This document shows, in pieces, positions 48,090 through 61,958 of a stretch of 64,000 nt of DNA. The notes beneath the pieces are model-generated. The model saw only the letters and a program-made list of their open reading frames with translations. It was not told the origin of the DNA and did no database searches. How positions within the stretch are numbered: the first letter of the stretch is position 1; each line of letters starts with the position of its first letter. Position numbers and translations under genes: made by a program. The stretch is from the human T2T-CHM13v2.0 reference genome, Homo sapiens. The DNA lies in NCBI RefSeq assembly GCF_009914755.1, contig NC_060933.1; one strand, given 5' to 3'.

Positions 48090-49480
48090 GGGCGCGAGGC
48101 CGGGAGCGAGGAGGTGGACTGAGCCGGCCGGCGGGCCACCTGGATCCCGACTCCGCCACTCAACGCGGCAGGGCCCGGAAGGGCGGGCCCAAGACGGGCA
48201 GGGCTCCGGGCAGGAGCGGGCGCCTCCAGGGAGGCGCGCGGCGGTCGTAGCTGAGGCCGCCTTGAGGGCGGGACTTGGACGCGGGCAGGGCTCGAGTGAG
48301 AGGCGGGGTTAAAGGCCGCTGCGAACGCGTTATAGACGCCGGCGGGAGCGGGGCCCAGCGAGGGGAGGGACTCTGGGCCCCTCGCGGCGTCTTAACTGAC
48401 GCTGGGAGGGGCGGGAGTCCGGTGGCGCCCGCCCACGCCCGCAGTGGCATGGCAGAGCAGGAAGGGGCGGGGCTCAGGGCCCCTGGAGGCGCGGAGGCCG
48501 ACGACGGAGGGGGGCGGGGCTCGAGGCTCGGAAGCCGTCGTCGGAGGGGGCGGGGTTCAGGTGCAGGGCGGGGCTCAGAACTCCGGGAGAGGCGGAAGCC
48601 GACGCCGGAGGGGGCGGGGCTCGAGTGAGGGGCAAGGCTCCAGGATCCTCGCAGCGGCCTATCCCAGGACGGCAAGGGGGCGGGACTCGAGTGAGAGGGG
48701 CGGAGTTTAGAGCCCTGGGGGAGCCGTAGCGGGCGCGGAAGGGGCGGGGCCTAACGGTAGGGGGCGGGGCTCGTCAAAGGGCGGGGTTTAGAGTCCCCGA
48801 GGCTACACAGCCAAAGCCGGGGGGCTGGCCTAGCCAAAAGGGGCGGGCGAGCACGGCCCGCGGGCGGCGTTCGCTGGAGCTGGTGGACCGGGCGGCTGAC
48901 CGAGGGGCGGACGCGCGGCGGGGCAGACCGCTGGGGACTGCGGGCGGCGCTGTGTCCGTCGCCATGACAGGTGGGCACGGGGTCGGCTGGGCGGCAGGGA
49001 TGCGGGCGCCCTGGATGGGTGGCCCGGCCCGGGGGTCCGGCTGCCTTGCGAGTCGCCTGCAGGCCGCGCCTGGGCAGCGGGGGCCGAGTGACCTTGGCCC
49101 GTCAGCTGTCGGTGGTGCGCGAGTGCACCCCCGCGAAGTGGTGGGTGTCCCGGGGCTTCTACCCGGCGGGGCCGTGCCAGCCGAGGCGGTGCCGGGCATG
49201 ATGGGTGGTGGCCAGGTGCGGGGCCCGAAGAGGGCGGGGGCTACAAGGCAGCTCCAGGGTGGGGCTGCACAGCCGCGGTCTGGGCTCAGCCACTGCCAAT
49301 GTGTGTGTGTCCCGTGGTGGGGAATTTGGTCTGAAAGAGTAGGAGGTGGTAGAAATGACACCGGAGAGAATTCACAGCGGTCCTGCTGTGATTCTGGCCA
49401 CGGAAACAACGCTCCATCCTTACAACCACCCCAGCGAGGTCGCGGGACAGGCGATGCGTTCCTCGGCGGCATGTGATTCC
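48090..49480 (+). promoter_or_regulatory. CARD19: CARD19 CpG-island promoter with dense GC-box array
   Basis: CpG-rich; about a dozen gggcgg(g/a) boxes between 48265 and 48850. Confidence 0.88.
48964..48970 (+). CDS. CARD19: CARD19 coding exon 1 (ATG ACA G)
   Basis: Kozak gtcgccATG; donor CAG|gtgggc; G+AT of exon 2 gives MTDQTY. Confidence 0.92.
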
Positions 49481-51368
49481 TGTGGGACTCTTGGAGTCTC
49501 CCAGACTCCTTCGGTGGTCCACGACGCTCTTGCCCCTGTTTAGTTCTAAGAGAATCGGGGACAGCGACTGGACCCCCCAAGGTTGTTGTGCTCCACGCTA
49601 GTGGCCCCAGCCCAGCCTTCCTCCCCAGGGCCTCTCTGGTCTGGGGACCTGCCCACCATCCTCCTGATCCCAAACAGGGTGACTCTGCCCTGTGGACCTT
49701 CCCCTGTTGGAGAAGCCCCATGAGGGTGATGGGCTGGTAAGGGACCCCATGGCAGCCCGGCCAGGGAGTATGGGGGTTCCCAGAAGCTACACTTCATTCT
49801 TACTGTTCTGTTTCATGGAGCAGAATTGGCTCAGGGGCTCAGGGTAGCCCCAGAAGTCCCTAGTCCTCTCTCGGTGCTCGCTCTCTTGAGTCTCAGCCTA
49901 GGTCCTGCCCACAAATAGGATCTCATGGGCTGGAAACTGATGACTTCCAGGACACCAGGCCAGAAGAGACTTCCAGCCTAGGCCACAAGAGACCCCAGCT
50001 GCCACCTGCTCCCCTTTGTCCTCCCTTCTAACTCTTCTTATTTGTGGCTCTCATTTCTGAGCACTTACTGTGCACTGGACCCTGTGTTGGGTGATTCCTG
50101 TTTGAAAATGATCAGATGGGGACACCTGGAATATCTCGTCTGTGTACAGATGGGGAAACAAAGTCTTAAATTGTGCCCTGCCCAGGCTGGGATTCCGTAA
50201 TTCCCTTAGTGAGTTCATCAGAATGCGTGGGACACAACTCAGAGCTGTGTTGGTCTCCAGGGAGCCCTGTCCCAGGGACTGGGTGTTGGCAGAGCCTGAG
50301 GCCTTGCTGTCCATTAAGGAGCCTTCCTGCACAAAGGGACTTTGTCCCTTTCTGCCTGTCAGGGAAGCTTCCTTGCATAAGGGGACCCTGGAGCTGGGAA
50401 ACCACATCAGGCAGGGGTCCCTGAAGGCTCTGACTGTAGGCCTCACCTTGTCCAGTGTATGCTTCCTACCTGCTATGTCTACTCACTGGGCCTGGAGACA
50501 TTCCCTCACAACCCTTAGTTTTTGGGATGGGGAACCAAGGCCCATGGAGCACAGCTCTGGGAGGGTCATATGGACAGCCCTGCGAGGCTGCAGACCCATA
50601 GTCCCAGGCTCACTGCCTCCATGCACCAACTGGGGTCCTGCCTTGCGCCAGCCCTCGCTGTGAGCAGCGCATGTGAGCCAGTGCCTGCAGAACGCTGAGG
50701 AGGTGTCTGCGTGGGGCAGGTGCTTGACAAGTTACCCCCTGGGCTGTGCCAGGGAGTGAGCAGTTTTAGTTGGGCTGAGCACTGAGAGAAGGGGTTTCCT
50801 GGAAGAAATTCGGGAGAGGAGGTTGATGCCCAAGTGTCTGGACTCCAGTTGGTTGGGGATGACAGGAACTCAGGAAGGCCTTTTGCACGTAGAACAGCAA
50901 GGTGAACATGAATTAACCAGGTGGAAACCAAGGAACAGGTATTCTCAGCCTGGGCTGAGATGTCTTGTGGGCCTAGAGGGCCCGGTGAGAGTGGGTGGGG
51001 CCAGCTCCCACGGGGCCTTGAATGCCAGGCTGAGGGCATCAGTCTGGGCTGATAAGAAGGTTCATATTGGGGTGTTTGAATGGGGGTCCATAGTCCTGGT
51101 GCCAGCCTGGCAAGAAGGAAGGGGATGTAGGGCGTGGTGAAGGCTTGCCAGGTCTGTGCCAGAGCGAGCCATCTTCCTTTGTCCTGTAAAAACAGTTCAG
51201 GGACTTGTTTATCGGGAGCTGGCACTGAGATGGTTTCCCTTCTTGTGCCTTTTCTGGCTTCCAAGTGCTGCCTGTTTGTGTGCACAACTCGCAACCACAG
51301 GAAGCACAGGACCCCCAAGCCGCAGAGCCTGGCTTCAGCCTCCGGACCGTGCGGCCTGTGCCAGCTGA

Positions 51369-51843
<475 letters not shown>

Positions 51844-52921
51844 TGCAGAACTCTTTAGTGAGCACCTACTGGGTGCTCAGCCAAGTGGGCAATGCTGGAG
51901 AGGACAGCCTTGGGCGTGCTTTTGGACTGGCAGGGAGTAGACTGCTGTAGCTGATTACAGTGAATTTCCATGTTAATTAGAGAGGCAGAACGTCTGAATA
52001 TCAAGAGGTGGTCCTCAACATGGCTGTGCCTGGGCCTGGATCTTGATCTGTCACTTCATATCTGGTTGCAGTCTTGGGCAGGTACCTTATCTTCTCACTG
52101 TGCCTTAGTTTCCCTACCTGAAAATGGGGCTGGTGGTTGTCCTTATGTTGCAAAGCTGTTGGAAGGATGAAGGTTGTAGGTGACGTAGGGCTCACAGAGT
52201 GCCAGACATATGGGATTGCTCTGTGAATTTTGGCTAATTCATCTTAGTTCTTTAACGAGAGGGCTGCAGGCGCTGGACCCAGACTGCCCAGCTGGGCCTG
52301 TCCATGTGGCCTTGGCAGGTCACTTGACGTCCCTGTGCTCAGCTTCCTCACCATGATGGGGCTGCTGGCAAGTCCGCATAGGCTGCTGTGGGACTCAGTG
52401 CAGGTGAGGGCTGAGCCAGCCTTTCCAGCCCCCAGCCATCTGCCTCCCTGCGCGGCCCACGGTGAGTGGCTTCAGCCAGATGATGGAGTGGCTGATGGCC
52501 TCAATGTGGGCATCATCAGGGGCCCTGTGAACCAGGATGGCCCCCCTATTGTTCTCTGGAGGGCAGGTATCTCTGGGGTTAAGGATACGTTTGTGGGTTT
52601 GCTTGGTGAATGCCAGCCCGCACCCCTACACTGTGAGCCCCTGGAGGATGGATCTGCCCATCACCGTGGTCCCCAGCCCCGCACAGGGCGAGCGTACTGA
52701 GACGGGCTGTTCTCACCTGGGCCTCAGTCTGTAGGGTCTGCACAGGGCCCCACGGAGCATGGCTGCTTTTGGGGTGGGTCCACATTCTGGGGTACAGAAA
52801 GACCAGCCAGGAGGAAGTGGCAACTGGAAAGAGACATGACAAAGTAAAACAGTCTGTTGAGTCTGTGCCTCAAGGAGTGAACCCAAGAGGGGGCCCCACT
52901 GTGTTCAACATGATGACACTG

Positions 52922-53094
52922 TTTTTGTTTTTGTTTTTGGTTTTTTCTTTGAGACAGAGTCTCACTGTTGCCTGGGCTGGAGTGCAGTGGCGCACTCTCG
53001 GCTCACTGCAACCTCCGCCTCCCAGGTTAAACGATTCACCTGCCTTGGCCTCCCAAAGTGCTGGGATGACAGGCGTGAGCCACCGCGCCCAGCC
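52922..53094 (-). mobile_element. Chimeric single-monomer Alu (left-arm 5' + right-arm 3')
   Basis: Switches from right-arm to left-arm sequence at cgattcacctgcc; no TSD. Confidence 0.85.
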
Positions 53095-53688
53095 TTCATT
53101 TCTTTTTAGCACTGAATAATATTCGTTGTATGGATAAACCAGAGTTTATTTATCCATTTACATTTTTTGTGAGAAAATATATGGAAACATAACATTTACC
53201 TTCTTACCCATTTTTTCAGTGTACACTTCAGTGATACTAAATACACTCACAGTGTTGTGTAGTCATCACCACTGGCCATTTCCAGAACTTCTTTATCATC
53301 CCAAACAGAAATTTTGTACCCGTTAAACAATAACTCCCCTTTCTCCTTCTGCCCACACCTCCTGGTAATCTGTATTCTATTTTCTGTCTCTATGAATTTG
53401 ACCCCTCTAAGTACTTCATATAATTGGAATCATATAATATTTGTCCGTTTGTGCCTTGTTTATTGCACTTAGCATAATGTTTTCAAGGTTCGTCCATGTT
53501 GTAACATCCACGTATCATAATTTCCTTCCTTTTTAGGGCTGAGTAATATTCCATTGTACATAGGTATATACCACATTTTGATAATTCATTCGTCTTTTGG
53601 TGAACATTTGCACTATTTCCATCTTTTGGCTATTTTGAATAGTGCTGCTATGAAAACCAGTGTGCAAGTATCCATTTGAGTTCCTGCA

Positions 53689-53993
53689 TTTATTTATTTA
53701 TTTATTTATTTGAGACAGAGTCTCACTTTGTTGCCCAGGCTGGAGTACAGTGGTGTGATCTTGGCTTAGTGCAACCTCCGCCTCCTGGGTTCAAGTGATT
53801 CTCGTGCCTCAGCCCCCTGAGTAGCTGGCACTACAGGCGAGTGCCACCACGCCTGGCTAGCTTTTTGTATTTTTAGTAGAGACGGGGCTTCGCCATGTTG
53901 GCCATGCTGGTCTTGAGCTTCTGACCCCAAGCGATCTGCCCACCTCAGCCTCCCAAAGTGCTGGGATGACAGGTGTGAGCCACCACCCTCGAC
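53689..53993 (-). mobile_element. Alu SINE inside L1
   Basis: (TTTA)n tail; TSD tgagttcctgc. Confidence 0.95.
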
Positions 53994-54058
53994 TGAGTTC
54001 CTGCTTTTTGTTTTCTAGGGTACATACCTAGAAGTAGAATTTCTGGATCACACGGTAA

Positions 54059-54352
<294 letters not shown>

Positions 54353-54560
54353 ATCACAGGATAATTCTATGTTTAGATTTTTGAGGACCTGCCATACTGT
54401 TTTTTTCCACAGTGGCTGCACTATTTTACATTTTCACCACTAATGCCAAAGAGTTTGAATTTCTCCATATCCTCACCAACATTGTTATATTAATATATAG
54501 CTATCCTAATGAGTACGAAGTGATATCTCATTGTGGTTTTTATTTGAATTTCCTTAATGA

Positions 54561-54887
<327 letters not shown>

Positions 54888-55899
54888 TGATGAGCATTTT
54901 TTTGTGTGCTTGATGGCTAGTTGTATATTTTCTTTAGAGAAATGTCTATTCAAGTTTTTTGCCTATTTTTGAATTGGGTTCTCTGTGTCTTTTGCTGTTC
55001 AGTTGTAGGAGTTCTTTATGGAGTAAGGATACTAATCCCTTATGAGATATATGCATTGCAAATATTTCTTCCATTTATGTGAACTGTTTTTTCACTTTCT
55101 TTTTTTCCACTCTTTTAATTAAAAATAGGGTTTAATTCTAGACTCTCTTATTCTATGCCAGTGACCCATATGTGTGTCTTTATGATAGTACCACATTGTT
55201 TTCATTATTGTATATTTTTACACTAAGTTTGGAAAGCAGGAAATATGAATCCTCCAACCCTGTTGTTGTTTTTTTTTTTTTTAAGATTTTTGTTGTTGGC
55301 TATACAGGTATCTTGAAATTCTATATGAGTTTTGGGGTGGGTTTTTCTATTTCTGCAAAAAACACTTAAGATTTTGATAGGGATTGCATCGAATCTGTAG
55401 ATTGCTCTGGGTAGTGCTTGCAGCAATGTTTTGTGGCTTTCAGTGTACAAGATTTTTGCCTTCTTGATTAAATTTTTTCCTAAGTATTTTATTCTTTTCA
55501 ATGCTATTATAAATTGAGTTGTTTTCTTAATTTTTGGATTGTTCATTGTTAGTATGTAGAGATGAAATATTTTTGTGTGTTGATTTTATATCTTGCAACC
55601 TTGCTGCATGCTTTTAATTAGCTCTAACTTTAAAGAAAAAGATTTTAGGGTTTTCTATATATAAAATCATGTCATCTGTGAACAGAGAAAATTTTACTTC
55701 TTCCTTTACAATTTGTATGCCTTTTATTCCCTTTTCCTTTTTTTGCCTAATTGCTCTAGTTAGGACTGCTAGTACTATGTTGAATAGAAGTGGTAAGAGC
55801 AGACATCTTTATCTTGTTCCTGATCTTAAGAAGCTTTCGGTCTTTCACCGTTAAGGTATGATGTTAGCTGTGGGCTTTTCATATAAAAATGTCCTTCAA

Positions 55900-56202
55900 T
55901 ATATGAGGTGGGATGGTTCCAGGAATCCCCTCAAAATAATCTGAGGATGTTCAAATCCCTTATATAAAGTGCTATAATATTTGCACCTATACACATCCTT
56001 CCATATATTTTAAATTATCTCTAGGTTACTTATAATACCTAACACAATGTAAATGCTATGTAAATCGTTGTTGTACTGTATTTTTAAAACTTGTATTTTT
56101 TTGGTTGTATTGTTATTTTGTATTGCTTTTCCCCAAATATTTTATATCTGCTGTTGATTTAATCCCTGGATATGGAAACTGCAGAGATAGAGTGCCAACT
56201 CT
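55900..56202 (+). mobile_element. MER2-like Tigger DNA transposon
   Basis: ggttccagga...tcccttatataaa...ttacttataatacctaacacaatgtaaatgctatgtaaat matches recalled MER2. Confidence 0.75.
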
Positions 56203-56234
56203 ATGGCCTTTATCATGTTGATGAAATTTCCTTC

Positions 56235-56601
56235 TGTATTAGTCCATTTTGTGCTGCTATAACAGAACACTTGAAACTGGGGAATTTATAATGAGCAGAA
56301 ATTTATAGGCTCATGCTTCTAGAGTTTTGGAAGTCCAAGATCAGGGAGCTAGCATCTGGTGAGGGTCTTCTTGCTGTGTTATCCCATGGTGGAAGGCAGA
56401 AGGGCTAGAGAGAATGAGAGGGAGCAAGAGAGGAAGAAAACAAATTTGAAACTTCAAGCCCTTTTATAATTGGCATTAATCCCTTCAAGACAGTAGAGCC
56501 CTCATGACCTACATACCTCCCATTAGGTTCTATCTCTCAGTACTGTTACTTTGAGGATTAGGTTTCCAATACATGCTTGTTGACACATTCAAACCATAGC
56601 A
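56235..56601 (-). mobile_element. MaLR LTR, MST-type
   Basis: tgtattagtccattttgtgctgctataacagaa...cacattcaaaccatagca; flanks ccttc/tcttc. Confidence 0.85.
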
Positions 56602-57107
56602 TCTTCTAGACCTAATTAATTGAATATTTATATCAAGAAAGAATGATGACATTTATCAAATGCTTTTTCTATGTCAACTGAAATGGCCATGTATTTTTTC
56701 CTTCATTCTATTAATGTGGTATATTTCATTGATTGATTTTTGATTTGTACATGTTAAACCATCCTTGTATTCCAGGAATAAATCAATGTATACGTCTTTT
56801 AATATGCTGCTGAATTTGAGTTGCTGGATTTTATTAATTTTTCCATCAATATTCATAAAGAGTATTGGTCTGTAGTGTTCTTTTCCATTTTTCTTTTTTC
56901 ACAGAGACAAGGTCTTGCTGTATTGCCCAAGTGTGGTCTTGAATTCCTGGCATCAAGTGACTCTTCTGCCTCTGTCTCCCAAAGTGGTTTTCTTTTCTTG
57001 AAGTGACTTTGTCTGATTTTGGTATCAGGGTAAAGCTGACCTCATAGAATTAGTTATGAAGTGTTCTCTCGTCTTCAGTTTTTTTTTGTAAGTTTGAGAA
57101 GGATTGG

Positions 57108-57199
57108 TATTAGTTCTTCTTTAAATGTATGGTAGAATTAACCAGCAAAGCTATATTAGTTCTTCTTTAAATGTATGGTAGAATTAACCAGCAAAGCTA
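57108..57199. repeat. Perfect 46-bp tandem duplication
   Basis: tattagttcttctttaaatgtatggtagaattaaccagcaaagcta x2. Confidence 0.97.
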
Positions 57200-57776
57200 T
57201 CTGGTCCTGAGCTTTTCTTTCTTGGGACATTTTTGATTACTGATTTAATCTTACTAGTTATTGGTCAGATTTTCTATTTCTTCACAGTTCCGTTTTGGTA
57301 GATTGTGTTTTTAGGAATGTTTTCATTTTATTTACGTTATCCAATTTGTTGGTATACAAATGTTCATAGTATTCTCTTATATTCCTTTTTATTTCTGTAA
57401 AGTTCATGGTAATGTCCTACTTTTATTCCTGATACTAGTAATTTGAGTCTTCTTTTTCTTTGTCAGTCTAGCTAGTTTTGTCAGTTTTATTGATGTTATC
57501 AAAGAATCAACTTTGGTTTTCTTGATTTTTCTCCACTGTTTTTCGATTCTCTATTTCATTTGTCTTCACTCTAATCTTGATTATATCCTTCCTTCTGTGA
57601 GCTTTGGGTTTAGTTTGCTCTTCAAGCTCTCTGGTCTTTACTTTTTCCTTTTCTCATTCCTTAAGGTGTAATGTTAGGTTACTGATTTAAGATTTTTTTA
57701 ATATATGCATTTGCAACTATAATTTTCCCTCTCAGCATTGTTTTTGCTGCATCCCTTAGGTTTTAGCGCGGTGTAA

Positions 57777-58190
<414 letters not shown>

Positions 58191-58904
58191 CCATTGGCTG
58201 TTTAATTTTCACATATTTGTGAGTTTTTTTAGTTTTCTATTATTGATTTCTGGTTTCATTCTATGTGATCAGAAAATATTTTTTATATGATTTCAACCTT
58301 TTTGAATATATTAAAGCTTATTTTGTGGCTACAAACTTGTTTTGTGGCCTATCTTGGGGAATGTTTCATGTGCACTTGATAAAAATATCTCTTCTTTATT
58401 GTGGTATGGAGTGTTCTGTGTATGTCTGCCAGGTATAATTGGCTTACGGTGTTGTTGAAGTCCTGTTTCCTCATTTATCTTCTGTCTAGTGGTTCTGTCT
58501 CTTACTGAAAGTGGTGTTTTGAAGTCTCCAAATATTATTATAGAGATATCTATTTCTCCCTTCAATTCTGCCAGTGTTTGCTTCATATATTTTGAAGCTC
58601 TGATATTTGGTGCATATATGTTTATAACTGTTACATATTATTGATGAATTTATCCTTTTATTAATACATAATGTACTTTTTAATCTCTTCTAATCGTTTT
58701 TGACTTATAGTCTATTTTGTCTGATATTAGTATAGTTACCTCATCTCTCTTTTGTTTACTATTTGTATGGGTTTTTTTTACATCCTTTCATTTTCAACTT
58801 CTTTGTGTCTTTAGATCTAAAGTGAGTCTTTTGTAGACAGCACTTAGTTGTATCATATTTTAAAAATCCACTCTGCCAATCTATGCCTTTTGATAGGAAA
58901 ATTT

Positions 58905-59024
58905 GGCTGGGTGTGGTGGCTTACACCTGTATTCCCAGCACTTTGGGAGGCTGAGGTAGGCAGATCACCTGAGGTCAGGAGTTTGACACCAGCCTGGCCA
59001 ACATGGTGAAACCCTGTCTCTACT

Positions 59025-59056
<32 letters not shown>

Positions 59057-59210
59057 AACCAGCTGGGTGTTGTGGCACATGCCTGTAATCCCAGGAAGAA
59101 TTGCTTGAACCCAGGAGGCAGAGGTTGCAGTGAGCCGAGATTGGGCCACTGCACTCCAGCTTGGGTGACAGAGCAAGACGCTATCTCAAAAAAAAACAAA
59201 AAAAAAAAAA
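58905..59210 (+). mobile_element. Alu SINE with expanded A26 linker and right-arm deletion
   Basis: A-run 59025-59050; tcccaggaagaattgc lacks the usual ctactcgggaggctgagg. Confidence 0.93.
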
Positions 59211-59809
59211 CAAAGTTTAACCTATTTGCATTTGAAGTAATTGCTGATAAGGAATGTATTACTACTGCCATTTTGCTATTTGTTTCCTGTATGTCTTGTA
59301 GCTTTTTTGACCCTCATTTATTCTATTACTGCCTTCTTTTGTGTTTTGTTGATATTTTATAGTAACACATTTAGAGTCCCTTCTCAGTTTCTTTTGTGTT
59401 ATATTCTATAAATATTTTCTTTGTGTACATGGGGAAACAGGACAAGCTGCCACAAGTATGTAGGGTGATGCACTTGTTCAGTCCCTGTGGGGGTCCTGTG
59501 CCCCATCCTCTCCATGCCCTTCCGTCATCACTCCACCGCTCAGCCTTAAACATCTGCCATTCTAAGAAACATTCTTAATGGAAAAGGTGGTACAATGATA
59601 TTTTAATGGTGATTCTGGAAAAAAAAAAGGCAAATGAAAAGCATTTCTAGCCCTCTGGGAGAACTCACTGGTTTATTGTTGGTAGAAGCTTCTTAAGGCC
59701 TTGCAGACACACTGTGTCCCATGGTGATCCCAGCACAGGCCACCCTGAGCCCTGTGTCCCTGTATCTGTGCCACTGTGAAGATCTGCAGAGCGCACATCT
59801 GGGCATTCT

Positions 59810-59915
59810 TGATCTCGAACTCCTGAGCTCAAGTGATCCACCCACCTCAGCCTCCCAAAATGTTGGTATTACGGGTGTGAGCCATCGCAACTGGTCTGAG
59901 CCACCGTGCCTGGCC
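59810..59915 (-). mobile_element. Tail-less (3'-truncated) Alu left-arm insertion
   Basis: 11-bp direct repeat ctgggcattct at 59799 and 59916; no poly-A. Confidence 0.85.
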
Positions 59916-60293
59916 CTGGGCATTCTGAGCCACCTGTGCCACCTGTACCTTCCCCAGAACTGAGCTATTTCCTGATGGCCCTGCAGGTGGCCCATGAAAA
60001 GTAGATTCTTCGCCCCTCTGAGTTTGTTTTCTGTGATAAGCTCTGTGAAAGTGGGTTTCCACCACAACCCCTCACTTCCATCTTCTGGAGAGGCAGGTTG
60101 GCAGGCCAGGGGCAGCTCTCAGCTGGGCAATGCGCACCACACAGGCTGGGATGGCTGTGATTCTGCAGGTTCACCCTCCTGGTGGGAACCCACCTTGGGG
60201 GTGATGCCTTCCTGTGGTCAGTGTCAGTACGAGGCTGTCGTCTCTGGTCCCCTTGGGCTGTGCTGGCTCATGACCCTGTGCTATCTGTTTTAG

Positions 60294-60436
60294 ATCAGAC
60301 CTATTGTGACCGCCTGGTGCAGGACACGCCTTTCCTGACAGGCCATGGGCGCTTGAGTGAGCAGCAGGTGGACAGGATCATCCTCCAGCTGAACCGTTAC
60401 TACCCACAGATCCTTACCAACAAGGAGGCGGAAAAG
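60294..60436 (+). CDS. CARD19: CARD19 exon 2 (N-terminal half of CARD)
   Basis: ttttag|AT...AAG|gtgctg; 143 nt; DQTYCDRLVQDTPFLTGHGRLSEQQVDRIILQLNRYYPQILTNKEAEK. Confidence 0.95.
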
Positions 60437-61958
60437 GTGCTGAGGAGGTGAGGGGGGTACCCGAGACACTGCTCAGTTTCCCTTCCTTTCTGGGCTGGGA
60501 GAAGCTGGTGACCAGCCCTGGGTCATTCTCTCATGGGATGACACACTAGGTATGTCAGGATTCAGAGGTGACACATCTGGACCTGGCTACTAAGGCTGCC
60601 TGAGCTACAAACTGGCCCTTTGGGGTGAGCCCAACCAGGCTCGGAACATCAGCTCTCTGTGCCTCGGTTTCTTCATATGTCATTGGGTCTGCTGTCCCCT
60701 TCCCGAGTTGCTGGGAGGTTACAGGAGATAACATGTGACAATACATGAAGCACACAACAGTATAAGATACGGAGGGAGGCGAGAAAGAGGGCAGGAGGGA
60801 GGGGTGAGGAGGGAGGAGGCAGAGGGAGAGCCGAAGTGGGATGGGGAACAGATAATGGGCCTGGCCCACCCCAGTGCCACAGGGCTTTGCACTCTGCATC
60901 TTCCGAAGGTTCAAAGCGGGCAAACAATTGCTTCCTTTTCTCTAATTTCTATATTACTGTACGAGGCTGGAAAGCCCAGCATGTCACAGGTAGGCAGCTG
61001 AGCTTCTAGGAAGGCAGATGCTGACTCACCCCACAGCCGCGCCCCAGTCTGCCCCTCTCAGCAGTGCTGAGCGGGCTGGTCCCCTCAGAACCCCAGCCTC
61101 CCCCATGTGTGGAGTGGACACCGAGAGCCCCTGCCTGGCAGGTGTGGTGAGGACTGACTGAGCTGAGCCGGGTAAACGCCTGCCCGAGAGCCCTTGTCGC
61201 CAGATGGCCCTGCAGCCCTGTGGGCAGCCACGCTCATCACCCCATCTCACAGAGGTGGTCCGAAGGCTCAAGAGGCAGCCACTTGCCCAGGGCCACTCAT
61301 TTCAGGAGTGTCAGGCCACATCTTGAGTTCATCCTATTATTTGGGAAAGTGCCCAGGGCCAGTGGCTGTCACTCTGTCACATGGCCCTGGCCTCTCAGAG
61401 CTGCAGAGCTGGGCACACCAGGGTGGCTCTGCTGGAGATGGCATTTAAGATGCAATTCCTGGGCTCTGTCTTGGGAGGTCTGTTCTGCTCCATCACCCCA
61501 GTGCCAGGTGGCCCTGAGGGGACATTGGATGAGAGAGTTAGCCACACCCTGCCGACCCTACCCACATCTGTGGCTCTGGCGCCCCCACTGAGCCACCTGT
61601 TCCTTGACAGGTGCCACGTGCAGGGCTATCCTGAGGGTTGGGGCATCTCCTGGAACAATGAGGTTGGCCCACAACAGAACAGGAGTCAACACGGGCCCTG
61701 CTACTGGCTCAGGTGCTTCTTCCGTTTTGAAGGTGGTACAGTAATTTTAAAAGTTAGGAGCTCAAATCCAAATCTCTTATTATTGCAATTGAAGTCTAAT
61801 GCATGTTCACTTTTAAAAAGTTTAGAAAGTTTAAGACGTTTATACAAGAAAAAGCACATATTCCTTCCTCACAGACACCACAGCTCCTGCCACCCATCTG
61901 CCTGCCATTTTCACACTGCCATGGTTTAACTCGTTCCCTGTGGCCATGTAGAATGATA

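Noticed and set aside
48160-49721. 171-315 aa ORFs over the CARD19 island, including an in-frame GTG/CTG upstream extension of CARD19
   Set aside because: Same GC artefact; nothing in the sequence shows the extension is transcribed or initiated
50796-50804. STAT/GAS motif TTCCTGGAA (also at 36497)
   Set aside because: Short motif expected repeatedly by chance; no supporting context
50566-51318. 250-aa antisense ORF in CARD19 intron 1
   Set aside because: TTG start, no homology cue; plausible by chance at this GC content
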